Below are positions 11,944-25,580 of a stretch of DNA of 64,000 nt, piece after piece. The stretch covers positions 1-64,000 of the forward strand of contig JAMDHS010000067.1 in assembly GCA_029717555.1 (NCBI GenBank), written 5' to 3'. Origin of the DNA: Peribolospora baueri. Lineage: Eukaryota. The translations under genes were made by a program, and so were the position numbers. Position 1 is the first letter of the stretch. The number at the start of each line of letters is the position of its first letter. Below the pieces are notes generated by a model. That model searched no databases. It was given only the letters and a program-made list of their open reading frames with translations, and was not told where the DNA came from.

Positions 11944-14900
11944 ATGACTCCTCTGCCCTCTCTCAACGGCTGGGGCGGCGGCACCGCGCCTCGCCAAAAC
12001 GCAAACCAGGGCAGAGCGACTGGCTTCGGCGACAGGCTGTCCAAGCTTAAATGGCCCATGCGTTCGGACGGCGGCGACAAGGCGGCCAAATCGGCCTCCG
12101 CTCAGCATCGAGGCCAGGACATGCGCGACGGTTACCTTTCCGCCAGCGGCGAGGCGTGGCACTCGCAATCGCAAGGCTCGCAAGGCTATGGAGTCGGTGG
12201 CGGCGGTTATGCTGCTTCGCATCACGGCAGTGACGTCGGCACGCCGCTCTGGAGGCCCTCCACCTCCCACTCGGGATATCGCTCGGACGGCTCGTACGGC
12301 GACGCCTATGACCGCTCCCCCGTTCATCAACCCTCCTCTATCCGTCTCCCCGGCACACCCCGATCTCCCTCCCCTGGTCGTGCATACAGGGGCGGACCCG
12401 GCCCCGCTTCTTCCTCCTCCTCCACCTACCTTCATCCTCTCGGCACGGCTAGCTCTGGCGGCGACATCGGCGAGGCACCTTCTGTCAGCGTCTCACCCGC
12501 TTCGAGCGCGATCCCGAACAAGAAGAGCGTAAAAAGCCTGAGGATGTTCGGCAAGTCGCCCGCCAGCTTGCTCAAACAGCTTCCCATTCAGGGCTCTTCC
12601 TCCTCACACTCCGTCGCCAGCTGTTCCCCCCGAGAACAGCCACTTCGCGCCTCGCCGTTGGAAGCCTCGCCGAATATGGAGAGTCCAGGCGGCATGGGTG
12701 GGAAGAGACCCGTGGACCGCAAATCCTCCACTCAGTTCTTCAAGAAGACGAAGAACCTCGCCGCTGGTGCGCTCGGTAAGGACTCCATGGCGAGCAGATC
12801 CATGACTTCCCTCTCCCAGTTTTCCGCGTCGGATTACGACCCTCGACAGGACCCTAGTTCCGGGGCCGTGGCCGACCCGAACGTAGGCCTGCCTTACGCT
12901 GTGCAGCACAACATCCACGTCGATTACGGTCCGGACGGCTACGTGGGCCTGCCTCCGACGTGGGCGACTGCGCTCGCCGAGTTCGGTTTGGCCGCGGACG
13001 AGGGGACGGAGAATCAGGAGGCATTGCAGCGGGTTCGTGCAGCGAGAGAGGCGCACCCTCTGCCGAAACTGCCTGACTCCGAAAGAGGGAGCCCGGTTCG
13101 AACAACCAGAAAAGGATCGGACGCCAGTTCGATTGGCGCTTGGGGACGCCCGTCCATGGCGTCCTCGGGGTCGGGGGCGGGATCTTCGCAAGGCTACGGC
13201 AACGAGCTGCAGTACCAGCAGCAGCTCCAGAATCAGGTCTCACCGACCATTGACATGAGCTTCGGCAAAGAGCGCGGCGATGACGACGGTTGGGCCGAGT
13301 CCCTCCTCTCCGCCATTCCTCGTGCCTCTATAGACCAGACGGCCCGCAACCAGAAACAGCTCCGGCGTCGCTCGGCAAGCTTGAACCAGATCGCCCAGTT
13401 AGGTGCCGGCTCATCCGCGGCGCCTAAATCCAACTTTTTGTCCACCTTCGACTTCGAGGATAGTCACCGCCTTGCGGCGGGTGGTTCTTCCGCGCATGAT
13501 CCTCCTTCACCCTCGTCCGACTTGGACGCCGACGGCGAGTACGCGACGGTACAGCAGGCGAAGATCTCAAAGGTCACCTCTAGGATCTCCACCAGCGTAC
13601 CTCGCAAGCTCACAGCATCGCAGCTCAGCCCCACGACCGCCTTCCCGCCTGGCTCGTTCGGCAGACAAGATGCGAACCGTCGAAGTCGGCATCGGACAGG
13701 CATGGGGAGCGACGATTCTATGCGTTACCTTGCGTCGTTACCGCATTTGGACCAGCGGCCGCACGCCGGCCCCACCTCGGGCCCGAGGCCTTCTACCGGT
13801 TCCGAGTTCGACCGTCACCCTGCCCAAGCGGCGTCGCACGCCCAACACGCCCGCGGCTATTCCCCCATCTCCGCAGGTTCGACCGGGGCCGATGCCAGTT
13901 CGACGAAAATTGCCATATTCACGCGCGCTCAGCCCGGTTCTCAGGCTGCCAGGAACTCTGCTTCTACGCCATTTGGACAGTTTGGGAGCGGTAGCAGGGC
14001 ATCCTCCCCCAGTAATGGCACGTCACGCGTCTCGAGCTCGACCGTGAGCGTCGGACCTGCTTCTTCGTTCACTTCTGGCATCTCAAGTTCATCACAACGT
14101 GCCAACGGCGCGCCTTCGAGAGGCTCGCCTCAGCTCAAGACCACTGGCCCAGGAATCCGCCAGCCGACTCCAGGCTCTGTTCCACCGTCGTCCACCAATG
14201 AAGTCGTGCGCCCGCTTCAATTCATCAAGAACCAGGGCTCTCTGCCTTCTCACGTTCGCCCTTCGACAGCCGGCGACGCAACGGCCAACTTCTCGTCATC
14301 CTCGTCTCCCGAATGGCGTCACAATAAGCTGCCCAGCACGAGCAGCATGCCCGGCTTTTGGGACTACAAGCACTTTGCCGATGCCGACTTCCGTGCCGAG
14401 ATCGCCACCAGTGTGCATTCGCGGCACTCCATGACGAGTTCAAGTAGGCGTAGAGTCTCAAGTTCGGAGTCTTTGCTACCGTACCGCTCAGCGGACGAGG
14501 AGGACGATGGGAGGGAAGACTATTTTGGCGACGTTGTCGCCGCCTTCATCTCTAATGGGGACGAGCCTCCTTCGGCGGTGGTCAAACCGGCAGGTCGGGA
14601 CGTAGGTGACGTCGGCCAATCCGCCCTCGGCCTCTCCTCGTCGCCGCCCTCGCAGCAGGCTCAGCAGCAGCCCACGCCACAACAGCAGGAGCATCGGAAG
14701 CACCACGACTCGGCCACGAGCTTCGGTGTCATCTCCAGAGACTCCGTTCAAGGCGCTCCCAGAGCCTATCTCGCTGAGAGTCGTACGTCGCTCACCGGCG
14801 GCGGCAGCTCCGAGAGCACGGGCGACCGAACTTCATTCGCGGTCTCGTCGCGTCAAAGCTCAACGGGAAGTATGTTGCAGGTGACGCCTTCTTCCTTGTA

Positions 14901-17757
14901 TTTTGGAGATGAGGACTCGCCAGTTCGAGGATCGATGGATACGGACCGAGACGCGCGCTACGGCGGGGACGGGGACAGCTCGTTCGACCACGACGGTTAC
15001 ATGTCAGGGAATGAGGTGGAAGGGACGCCGAGGATTGGCTCCTTCAGCGGTTCCTCGTCCAGACACGTCGACCTCAGTTCGCCGCACGACTCGACCGGAG
15101 ACTGGCTCAAGGACGACTTTGGAGTCCCCTCTTCGACAGCGCCCGCACCCAGCTTACGACGCCATTCGAACAGGAGTAGCTACAACAGCCAGGATGTCCG
15201 CGGTCCTGAGCGCATCCCGTCAGCGAAAGGAAGGAGAGGCTCGGGTCAGAAAGTGGTAGACGCGAGTGGAGGAGGAGAAGAAGAAAGCGAAGGAGGAGGA
15301 GGAGGAGACGGAAGAGGGGGAGGAGGAAGGAGAGGAGGAGGCTCGATGGAGCTCTTGGCAGATGACGCGCTGGCAGCCAGGTCGAGGGTGCTGGCAGATC
15401 CGTCTTCCACTTCACCTTCGAATCGCCCGGCTGCTTCGACACGCAAAGAAGCGGTCGACGACCGGGGCGTGGGCGCCAACACGCTGCCGCTTCGTTTGCC
15501 CCCCACCTTGCGACTTCAAAAGGATCAGACGCAGCCGCCCGGCGACGAGCCGTTACTCTCCCCCGGTGCTCACCAACGCAGTCACTCCGTTCCCGCGGTG
15601 CTGCCCATCTTCTTAGACTCTAGCTCTCCCATGTCGGCGGCCGAGGTTGACGAGGGCGACGTGTCTCAGGGCCACCAAGGGGCACCCAATTCAGCCCCGG
15701 CCGATAAGACGGAGTTCAGCCCAGACGAGAAAACCGGTGACCCTCCGCGTTCGAGCGTGGAGGAACTGGATCGTGGAGAATCAGGAGGAACAGCGGCAAC
15801 GAGAGACGCGGCGGGCGTTGCGCGACCTTCAAAGTTCCGGTCGCCGATTGCCGAATCGGCCCCTTCGCCGCGACTGAGCAGCGACGCGAAGCGATTCCCC
15901 ATGTCCATGCACTTTTCCTACGGTCTCGACGACCTTGCCATCTCGACCGATGGCCGTGACGACGTTGGACATGACTCTGGTTCGGGCTTCGGCTCCAACG
16001 CCTCCCGTCGAGGCAACAACAAGGCGGACACGTTCGTCCCCTCCGAGGAGGACCTGGATCCCGACCTCGCCGCCAAGCGCTCCGCTGCCTTGGCGAAGCT
16101 GGGCGGGGGCGTGTGGACGTGGTCTGGCCCGGCGACTGCCAGTGAGGCCAGCGATGAGGGGAGCAGGAGCGGGGAAGCGAGCCCCGAAGGCGCAGAGCTT
16201 TTTCTCGGAGCTGAAGTGCAAGCCCTCCCTCTCAGTCCGCGTGGCTCCGTTCCGACGACTGTCCTCGACGGGTCGTCCTCCGGAGGCGAGAGTAAGCTTG
16301 GTAGCAGCTCGACCGACAGCTCGCGGAAGGAGGAGCGGATGCCTTGGTCGGGCGTACCGAGTGGGGTGGACAAGGCCTCGTTACCCGAGCCCGTCCAACA
16401 TGTCGGTGAGTCGATCTCGATGCTTTCATGGCTCACCTCGTTGCTGCATAAGCTGGTATCGCTGACTGATGACCTCGTCTTTCATTTCGTGTATACCCAT
16501 GCAGCCCAATGGATTCTCCCCCGGTCCCCATCCGAGTACCTGACCGACATTTCTTTGATCGGGGAAGGCGACTCCGGCGACGTCTTCGCCGCGCAGACCA
16601 TCCCCGCGGAAGGGGGCGATGAGGGTCGCACAGTGGCCATCAAAGTCATCCGCTTGCCGTCTGCGGACGCCGAGGCGACGCCGCGGTTGCAAGGCCTGGA
16701 TAGGGAGCTGGAGATCATGCGCGCGAGCAGACATGCCAACATTCTCGACATCTTTGGCGTCTTTTTCCAAGCGGGCGAGGGCGTTTGGGTGAGTTCCATT
16801 CGAGTTGTTAAGTGTCACTCCGAAGGTTTATCTGTTGCTTACGGGACGCTTTCATGACGTCATTGGATGTGTTCCCGCCATAGGTCGTTCAAGAACTGAT
16901 GGACCGGTCTCTGGCGGATGTGATCGCTCTGGGGCCCGAAGGACTGAGGTTGGGAGAGGAGCACATGGCGCGTATCGTCGGGGACGTTCTCGGCGCCCTT
17001 GAGCACCTTCACCGCCATTCCAGGCTCCACAGGGATGTGCGGAGCGACAACATCATGCTCACTGCTTCCGGCGTGGCCAAGCTCGGAGATTTTACTCACG
17101 CCTGCGAGCTCACAGACGAGAGACCGTTCCGTCGGTCCGTCGTGGGCACGCCGTACTGGATGGCGCCGGAGGTGGTTAAGGCGGAGGAGTACGATACGGC
17201 AGCGGACATTTGGAGCTTGGGAGTCGTGCTGTGGGAAATGATGGAGGGAGACCCGCCCAGGGTCGACTTTCCGCCTCTTCGGGTGAGCATGCGATGCGTC
17301 ATCCGCCGTTAGGTCGTGACTGTGAAGATATCCCTTCGGCTTTGGCAGCTCGTGCTGATGGTGTAATTTTTTTTTCTTTTTTTTTTTCTTCCCATCGTGG
17401 ACTCAGGCCATCACGTTGACGGCCAAGCATGGCTTGCCAGACGTCAGCAAGCCGGAGTTGTGGTCGCCAGAGGTGCGACACTTCCTGGCGCAATGTTCGA
17501 ACATGCAGCCGTCGAGACGAGCGCCGATGAGGACATTGCTGCAGAGCGAGTTCCTAGAGAAGGCGTGCGACGCGGCGGAGGTGGCGGTGCTGCTGCATGA
17601 GGCAAGGGCGCTAGAGAGTTCGCTCGCCGAGGGGCAGGAGACGTTGGGCGACGACCCGCTGACGGCGAGACCTGGTGGAGCAGACTCGGACAGGACGCCT
17701 CAGAGGGAGAGCTGGGGCTCCAGTAGGACTGGCGATTCGGACGCGACGATCCGATGA
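11944..17757 (+). CDS. PAK/Ste20-like kinase with CRIB domain and atypical catalytic motifs (1,831 aa by my model)
   Basis: Exons 11944-16405, 16505-16788, 16884-17282 and 17407-17757 splice in frame. CRIB-like VGLPYAVQHNIHVDYGPDGYVGLPPTW; kinase motifs GEGDSG, VAIK, HRDVRSDN, DFT, RRSVVGTPYWMAPE, DIWSLG, MMEGDPP. Confidence 0.88.
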
Positions 17758-18552
17758 AGGGACATGGACGAGCGACTCGTCTCTCCTTCGTTCTTCCCGC
17801 TCTCTTTCTCCTCTCTCATCTTCCTCCCTCATCTCTTGACTTCCTTAGACTTTTGCTTTTTCGCTTCGTTCCTTGCCCGCGCATCGTGCCGACCTTTTCC
17901 AGCGGGTCGTTCGCACTCACTTGTTCTCTTCGCTAGCATTCGTTCACTACTTTTGCGAACGTTCTCTGCCCCTCTCTTCCTTTTCCTGCCAGGACGATGG
18001 ATTCCATATCCCCAGGCTGTCCACGTTTATTCCACTTAATTCCACCGCAAGATCGCTTCTTTCGCTTCCTTCCGTTTGTCCGCCGTTTCCCTACCTACCT
18101 ACCTGCCTACTCTGTTCCTCGGAATCGGCGGACGGGCTCTCGAGCGGACGGATCGTGTCTCACCGTGTACTTTACTGCTCGCCCGCGTGTCTGGGCGAGA
18201 ACGAAAATGAGAAGAGCCAAGGCCAAAGATACATATGTACGACTCGTTCAGTACGCATCTGTCGGTCGCCTTGTCGAAAGCGGGCGTGCCAGAGCCCCCT
18301 TTGTGGCGAGGCGCGTGAGAAAAACAAACGCGTCGTCGGAGGCGCGCGTCGGGCGATCATCAACATCTACCTCCATCCCACGCGCGCCATCCATCCCGTC
18401 CATCCCACACCCGGTTTTTTTTTTCTTGCTCCGCGCCAACGCCGGCCTCGTGTTTTCGTATCTCACCTAGGTCACGAAGAGGTGCCTGCGATTGATCGCC
18501 CTCCAGTCCACCCCCATCCCCTTCCTCCCTTCGTTCCCCGTCCCCGCGTCGT

Positions 18553-18590
18553 GACGAACGACGAACGACGAACGACGAACGACGAACGAC
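18553..18590 (+). repeat. (GACGAAC)5 tandem repeat
   Basis: Read directly; lies ~110 bp upstream of the ATG at 18699. Confidence 0.9.
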
Positions 18591-18698
18591 GCGTCTCGCC
18601 TCCGCCTCCGCCGATCCATTATCCGTCTATCAATCATCCTTGACCCCCCGTGGCCGATCATCGACACCTCACCGTCCTACTCCATTCGCCTTCTAGCC

Positions 18699-20373
18699 AT
18701 GGCCCCAATTCAGTTCCGGGGCACCCTCAAGAGCAAGCGAAAGGTAGAGCTGCAGGAGCTCGTCGAGTTGCTCCAGATCGATGTCGCGGAACGCGCCTCC
18801 AAGCTTGACCTCGAACAGGCCATCCGAACCCACCTCCTTGCCAACTCGTCGAGCCTCGCCTCGGACGCCCGCTTTGCCGGGCTTTTTGAAAGCTTGGAAA
18901 GGTCGGAGAAGAGGATCAAGGATAGCCTCCCCTCGTGAGCCCTTTCGCGCCCACACTTGCATGTGCCTACGCGCTCTGCTCATCCTGTACGCGACGTGAC
19001 GCGACACCTCACGACGCTATCACCCTCTCGCACAGGCCCGATGAAGAGTCAGACGACTCTCCCGATACGGGCTTGCGCTCGCGCAGAAGGCCCTCCTCGC
19101 GTACCGGCAACGGCCTCCCCCCGAATAGCGTCGAGAGGGCACCCGCCCAGGCCACCCGCTCTCGCACCTCCTCCGTCGTCGACCAGTCCCCCGAGCCGAA
19201 GCCTCACGAGATCCCCCTACCCCCTTCGACGGGCAAGGAAATCGTCGCCCGCGTCGCCAACGCCCTCACCCCCATCCGCCGAGGCCTTCGCGGCGCGAGG
19301 GAGAACGTAGAGCGCGCTCTGGACGTCGCCACCTCCACCGTTGGCTCGGCCGAGGGAGAGGTCGCCGAAGACGTGGAAGGCGCGGCTAGCAAGGTCCGGG
19401 GGACGGCCGTGCAGGCCTGGCTCGAGTCGAAGCGGTGGGCGCGCAAGACGTTCGTCGAGACGAGACACGTGAGCGACCGTTTCTTTGTCTTCCAACGTAT
19501 TCGCTCGCACTGAGCAGCCGTCGCCTCGAGGAGAGCCTAGGAGAGCGAGGCAGTACTGACGGGCTCATCTCCGTTTATGTCGTCTCTACCATTACGTCGA
19601 CCGTATCGCGTGTCGTTCTCACGTTCAGGCCCTCTCCAAATCTGAGACTATTATCAAGGGCAACCTCATCGCCGAGCTATTTTACATCGTCTACTCCAGC
19701 ACCCCCGTGCTCTGGCACGAGGTGAGCTGCTCGTGTCGTCCATCCGAAGCCTTGTACCGCTCGGCCTCGGTCGAGCTGCCTTTGTCCGAAGATTTGACCG
19801 TCCAAATCGTTCCTTCTTCCTTCCCCTCTCCAGTTCGACTCTTCGTCATCGCGCCGCCTACCCCACTCCGGATCCCCGGCTTTCTCGGCCCCTTATCCTG
19901 ACTACCATACCTTTATGACCTGTGCCTTTTGGCAACCCATCCTGCTTTGGGCCGGTATCACTGTGCTCCTTCCTCTCATTGCTGCCTGTGAGTGGTGACC
20001 CCAATGGCCGTTCCTCGTATTTCCTCATCTCGCTACGCAACGCTCATCTCCCTCGCTCCTGCCCTTCGTCTCGACGCCTCCAGCCTTTGTGAGCTTCGAA
20101 CGCCGAACGTCCCCCTCCCCCGCGACGTTTGTCCTCTTCCGCCTCTCCCTCCTCGTCTACCTCGTCTACCTCCTCCCCACGCAGCCCAACGTCCCCCGTG
20201 TGGTCGGCGTAGCGGCGGGACAAGTGCCCCTCGCCAAGGTGGCGGCCGAAGCGAGGCGGTGGGTGAGCTATGAGTGGGTGCTGGACCGCGTCCCTGGAGA
20301 CTTGCAGGTCCTCGCCGCCGCCACGTCCACCGGCGTCGCTTACCTCGAGGCCATCGTCAAGCACAGGCGCTAG
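18699..20373 (+). CDS. Hypothetical membrane protein with N-terminal SAP/HeH-like helical motif and C-terminal TM segments
   Basis: Exons about 18699-18935, 19036-19468, 19629-19721, 19834-19987 and 20084-20373 with GT-AG edges. N-terminus LKSKRKVELQELVELLQI...KLDLEQAIRTHL; hydrophobic FWQPILLWAGITVLLPLIAA and LFRLSLLVYLVYLL. Confidence 0.7.
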
Positions 20374-21287
20374 GACCCGTCCACCCTTGGTTTCCCGTTC
20401 TTCGCTCCTCTTTCCTTGGATATATTGGCCTTTTTTTTACACGGCCTTTGCCTCCCTTGGGTTGTCTTCCCTTCCCCGCTCCATCTTCCCTTCGCACCCT
20501 GCCTCTTGTCGCGTCCTAAGACGCGGTGCTCCATCTAACTCCACCTCTTTTCTTCCCGTAGTCCGCGTGAAGCAAGCGCCCCGTCCTGCCTTCCGCCGAC
20601 TCTATGCCCCGATGTTCCCCCGCTCTTTCTTGCCTCCCGTTTGCTCCCGTCTCCTCGTTCCCGTCCGTTCCTCTTCTCCCCCCTTCCTCTTCCCCTTCCC
20701 CTCTGCTTAGTCTGTAATGCCTCGCCTCGTAGCGCGATCTTCCCTCTCCCGCTTCCCTCTCCTACCCCTACCCTCACGCCCGCCCCAGTCGTGTACGTTA
20801 ACTATCCTCTCCATCTCGTCCGCGGCCCTGTCGTCCTGCCCCGCTTCGTCTTGTCCGACCTTGTCGTCTGCTTTCTGTCTTCCGCCTCGTCCGTCCGTCC
20901 GTCTTGTCGATTGAATTTCCACACGCACGCACGGTTAAAAGCCGGCGGGAAAAGGGAATGACATGGAACATGTATGACATGGCCGACAAAGCGCGCCGAG
21001 GTGGGCGCAGACGTGCAAGTTCGGTGAGAACGACCATCGTCATTCATCATGTCCCTCCTTCCCGCGTGGTGGTGCTGCCGCTTATACATTCGCCGCGCGC
21101 CATCCAACCGGATGCCTCGTTTTTTTCCCTCTCTCCCTGATCGAAGAAGTACAGGGATTGACGGCCCGTGAGTGTCAACTGGGTTCTTCGCGCGAAACAG
21201 AACGCACGGGGCCCTTAAAGGAGAGGGAGGGAAGCACAGCCCGGTCCAACCTGACCATCTCCGGCTGCGCGGCTCGCCCGCTCGAAA

Positions 21288-22316
21288 CTACGCCGACGGA
21301 GGGTACGAAACGCGGAGCGGCGGGCCGGTCGGACCATGATGACTTTGTGGGTGAGAGAGATCGAGTAGGGCGATTTGCTCGCCTTCGACCCGTGGACAGG
21401 CAAACGGCCCTTGAGGGAAGCCCTCCGCCCCGACCGAGCGAACTTTGCGGTGCTGACGCAGGATGGTAAGCGTGCTCCCCAGTCTACCTCTTTCGAGCTC
21501 GTCCGGTGGAGTCGGCTCCAGATCATTGGCGGATGTATGTCCCCCGCAGCTCAAAGGGTAAAGCAGGTGCGTGAGAGGCGCCAGCCACAAGCCCATCGCC
21601 ATGGAGGAGGCGGCAGACGCGGACGATGTGGTGGAGGAGGAGCCCCAGCGCTGCAAGTACGAGTCGGCGGCGAGGCTGGAGCTGTCGCGCAACCGTGAGC
21701 CCCGGATCAAATCACTGTCCCCGGCGGGCCCGGTCGAGTCGGCGTGAAGGAACGTGGAAAGCTCATAGGAGGCGGCGACGATGCTGCCAAAGTCTTCGCC
21801 GAGAGAAGGCATCGAGATGCGGTACTTCCCCACGTTATCGTCAGATGCCGAGGAGTTCAGATCTTCTGACGGCGATGACCAGGTCGGAAGGGCGCCCACG
21901 TCCGGCGGAACAGGCCAACGGAGATGAGGGTATACCAAAGACATGATAAGGGGGGGCTGGCCAGCCTCCTGGTCTTGTGAAGTGTGAGGGATGCTCCTGG
22001 GCGAGCTGGGCATCGGAACAAAGCCCGACAAGCTGGAACCTGGACTACATGCGCTTAGTCCGTCGTCCTTGCGTTCCAAACTGCCCGCCCACGGCGCCAT
22101 CGGTGGTACCAAGTCGTCCAGAGTAGCGTCGTAGCCGTCTCCGGACCCGAGCCCGAGACCCCAAGACCAGCGAGAGTGGAAAGATGTGTCTGTGTCGGAC
22201 ATCGACTCTCCGGAGAGGCGCTTGTAGATTCGACTCGAGCGGCACGACGTCTTTTGTCTGGTCCTGGTCACTTTGCAGAGTCGATGGAGCATCTTGCACG
22301 GGTTGGGGAGGGGCAT
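21288..22316 (-). CDS. Hypothetical Ser-rich protein
   Basis: 342-aa ATG-led ORF, low complexity, no domain recognised. Confidence 0.35.
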   Translation of the reverse strand: MPLPNPCKMLHRLCKVTRTRQKTSCRSSRIYKRLSGESMSDTDTSFHSRWSWGLGLGSGDGYDATLDDLVPPMAPWAGSLERKDDGLSACSPGSSLSGFVPMPSSPRSIPHTSQDQEAGQPPLIMSLVYPHLRWPVPPDVGALPTWSSPSEDLNSSASDDNVGKYRISMPSLGEDFGSIVAASYELSTFLHADSTGPAGDSDLIRGSRLRDSSSLAADSYLQRWGSSSTTSSASAASSMAMGLWLAPLTHLLYPLSCGGHTSANDLEPTPPDELERGRLGSTLTILRQHRKVRSVGAEGFPQGPFACPRVEGEQIALLDLSHPQSHHGPTGPPLRVSYPPSA

Positions 22317-22808
22317 GGCTAGCGAGACAAAGAGTGGTTTGACCCCGGGGACGCCGTTGGACGGCGCTTGAGCCAGGCGACGAAGAGCAGAGGGGTTCAG
22401 AAGAAGATTAAAGGAGCGGCACTTGAAGAATCGCGGAGAGAGAATGGCCGAAAAACATCGACAACAAGGAGATCTGTCGGCGAGCCTAGGTCTTGAGCTT
22501 CGACAATTGTCGCCTACGGCCCGGGTCGAGTTGGGGGGTTCGTCGATCGGTACTTGAGGTGGGACAACGAAAAGAGGAGGAAGGGTAAAGTAGCAGTCGA
22601 AAGCACCAGTCCTTGAAGCCTTGAAGAATAATGAGGGGGAGAATGTTGATGGGGGTCGATAACTAAGAGGCTATACGAGCGGGCCAAGACCTCCACCTTG
22701 GACAACTGTCGGGCACGGGCCATGGATGACCACACGTGGGGCCTCGTGGCCTACTGTCAGGTGAGCGGAGCAGACCTTTGATGAGGCTCAGAGGATGGAG
22801 TTGTACCC

Positions 22809-22850
22809 GAGCGCATCTGGACGAGCGCATCTGGACGAGCGCATCTGGAC
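22809..22850 (+). repeat. (GAGCGCATCTGGAC)3 perfect tandem repeat upstream of RFT1
   Basis: Read directly. Confidence 0.9.
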
Positions 22851-23230
22851 CTGCAGGAGTAGACTGATATCTCGCGTTCGTTCATGGTGTGCGGGCCCCT
22901 GTCTGGAAATATGGCCTACTACGTTGAGTGCCTTGCGATCCGGCCAAGCCATGGCCGGGCCATCGTCTTCACGGCGAGCCATCTCGGACCGAGCCTAGAC
23001 CAGATCAAGAGATCAGTTTCCTCATCCGGTCATTAGCAGTGGTGCCGAGTGGTGTTGTGACGGCGAGTCGCGCCGTCGTCGAAGCGGATGTTGGACGTGG
23101 CTCGTGCTCTCGAAGCCAGCACGTGACGCGGAGATGCCAAGATGGGCGAGCACCGACACCACCATTCGTCGTCTTTCCCCATTACAACAGCGTCGCTGCA
23201 GCCCAGCAAGGCGACGAGCAGCAGACCAGG

Positions 23231-25344
23231 ATGGCGGCAGACGTGCTCTCCACCTCTCTGTCTTCCGCCTCCTCCCTCGTTGCTCTTCAGCTCCTCTCCC
23301 GGCTCGCCACCTTCGCCCTCAACCAAGCACTCGTCCGCCTCGTCTCACCTCACGTCTTCGGCACCGCCTCCATTCAGCTCGAGCTCCTCCTTAGCACAAT
23401 CTTGTTCTTGAGCCGAGAGGGGGTGCGAGGAACCATTTTGCGCAGTGGCATTGGTTCAGCAGAGGGCAGCAATGGCGGACGAAGAAACGGCGCTGTTCCG
23501 GAAGCAGGCAAGGAAGACGGTGGTTTGCAGGCGGCGCTCAACCTCGCCTCTCTCCCCGTCTTCTTTGGCGCCGCCATATCCCTTGTAGCTTCAGTTTCTT
23601 ACTACGTATTCTCTTCTTCCCCCACTCGCTCGCAACCGCACTTTTTCTCTGCTGTCCTCCTGTACACCATCGCCGCGCTACTGGAGCTCGTCCCTGAGCC
23701 GCTGTATATGCGGGCTCAGCTGGAGCACCAATTCGGCCTTCGGGTCAGTGCAGAAGGCAGCGCCGTTGTTGCCAAGTCCATTGTTACCCTGGCGGTGATC
23801 CTCGCGGGTGGAGAGCAGGCTGGACTTCTGGCCTTCGCGGTCGGGCAGGCGGTGTACGCCAGCGTCCTGCTCGTCAGGTATTGGTGGCATTACTCTCGCC
23901 CAGGATCACCGGAAAACGACCAGAGGCCGGCCCTGATGCTTTTCTTGCATCCAATCCGAAGGAAAAAAGATGCCTCGTGCGTTCACGCTGTCTTTGGAGT
24001 TGGAAGGGCCCTTCGCGAAATGGCTGGCGCTGACGACCGCTCTTGCCCTCCCTCGCCGACCTCAGCTCGTCCTATTTCGACCCGGTCCAGCTACAGCTCG
24101 CTTGGACCATGGTCAAACAGTCCTTCCTGAAGCACTTTCTTACCGAAGGAGACAAGTTTGCCGTGTCGCGCATAGGTACCTTGAGCGATCAAGGAGGTTA
24201 CGCTCTGGCTTCCAATTATGGTGAGGCCCATTCCTGCATCCTCTCCGCTCGACCTCGACTTACTTAGCTCTCATCCCTTCATGCCGGGCCCAGGCTCGCT
24301 CGTCGCCCGCATTCTCTTCCAGCCGATGGAGGAAAGCGCACGTCTCATCTTTTCGCAGACTTTGGGCAATGTTAAAACGGTGGAGGCCGACGCTCAGCGT
24401 GCTCCTGATCATTCAAGGCCGAAGGAGGACGGCTCTTCACCAACCGACCCTGCGATAAGCCAGTCCAACAACACCTCGGACAAGTCTGCGGCGCTGGCGC
24501 TTTTGACGTCCATGCTCACATTTCACACCCACTTCGCTCTTCTCTTCCTCTTCCTCGCCCCGCCTTACACCCGCTCTCTCATCCACCTCCTCGCCGGCTC
24601 GCGCTGGTCCTCCGGCAAGGATGCCTCCGCCCCGCGCGTGCTCGCCGCCTACTGTGCCTACGTCCCCGTTATGGGCGTGAACGGGATCACAGAAGCCTTT
24701 CTCCAAGCCACGGGTAACAAGGCGGAGCTCACGCGGTTTAGCAGGGCCATGGTCGGCTTCAGCGCCGTCTTCGTCCTCGCCGTCGCCGTGTTCGTGAAGG
24801 GCTTGGGATGGCGCGAGACGGGTCTGATATGGGCCAACGTCGTCAATTTAGCATGTAGGAGCACCTACTGCCTTGATTACACCGTACGCTTCTTCCGACG
24901 AAGCCAGGTCATTGACAAGACGCCCCGCGTTGCCATCGATTCTTCGGCCGAACCCAACCCCTCCGAGCATGGCGCTCGAACAGCGGGAGCGACCGCATCT
25001 GTGTTCCGGCTCCCGACCGTGCTTCCAGCGTGGCAAATCGTTCTCAGCTTTTTGCTCGGCCATTTCATCGTCCTCTGGAGCGAAGGACGCTTCGTCCCAG
25101 CCGGCGGAGTGCCTACCTTGCGCGGAGTCGCGCAGCACGTGGCCGTAGGCGCCGCCGTCGCTGTCACCTGTAGCGGCGTGATGTGAGTTCGGAGCGAGAC
25201 ACGATGTTCAGTTTGGATCGGCGCGCTCACATACGCCTGGGTCGACCTTCGTACACACAATTTCGTCTCCATCACAGCGTCGTCTTTTCTCGCCAGACCG
25301 TCAGCCGGCTTCTCGCCGCCCTCCGAAGACGAAAGAGCGAGTAA
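23231..25344 (+). CDS. RFT1: Rft1 (Man5GlcNAc2-PP-dolichol translocation protein)
   Basis: LQLLSRLATFALNQ...[80 protein letters not shown] are Rft1 signature blocks. Confidence 0.95.
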
Positions 25345-25580
25345 ACTTTGAGCGAGTGACGAGGGAGCGGATGCCTCTCTCTGCCGCAGGCTCGAGTACA
25401 AACTTTCCACGCAGCTTTTCTTGGGCGTATACTCGTAGAATTATGTCGTTCATCACACCCTGCATGAGGGGATGCTGGATATCGATCGTGAAGGAGTAGT
25501 CTTCCATCTGAACTAAGTCGGTGCCTCACACGCGTCTATTGACGTTCCCTCGGCCTCCCGCACGTTCCCCAAGCCGACCA

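Noticed and set aside
862..17757. Ste12-like plus Ste20-like genes as part of a pheromone/receptor mating-type locus
   Set aside because: No STE3 receptor, homeodomain gene or CAAX pheromone precursor was found by eye, and both genes are atypical paralog-like; linkage outside the window cannot be excluded.
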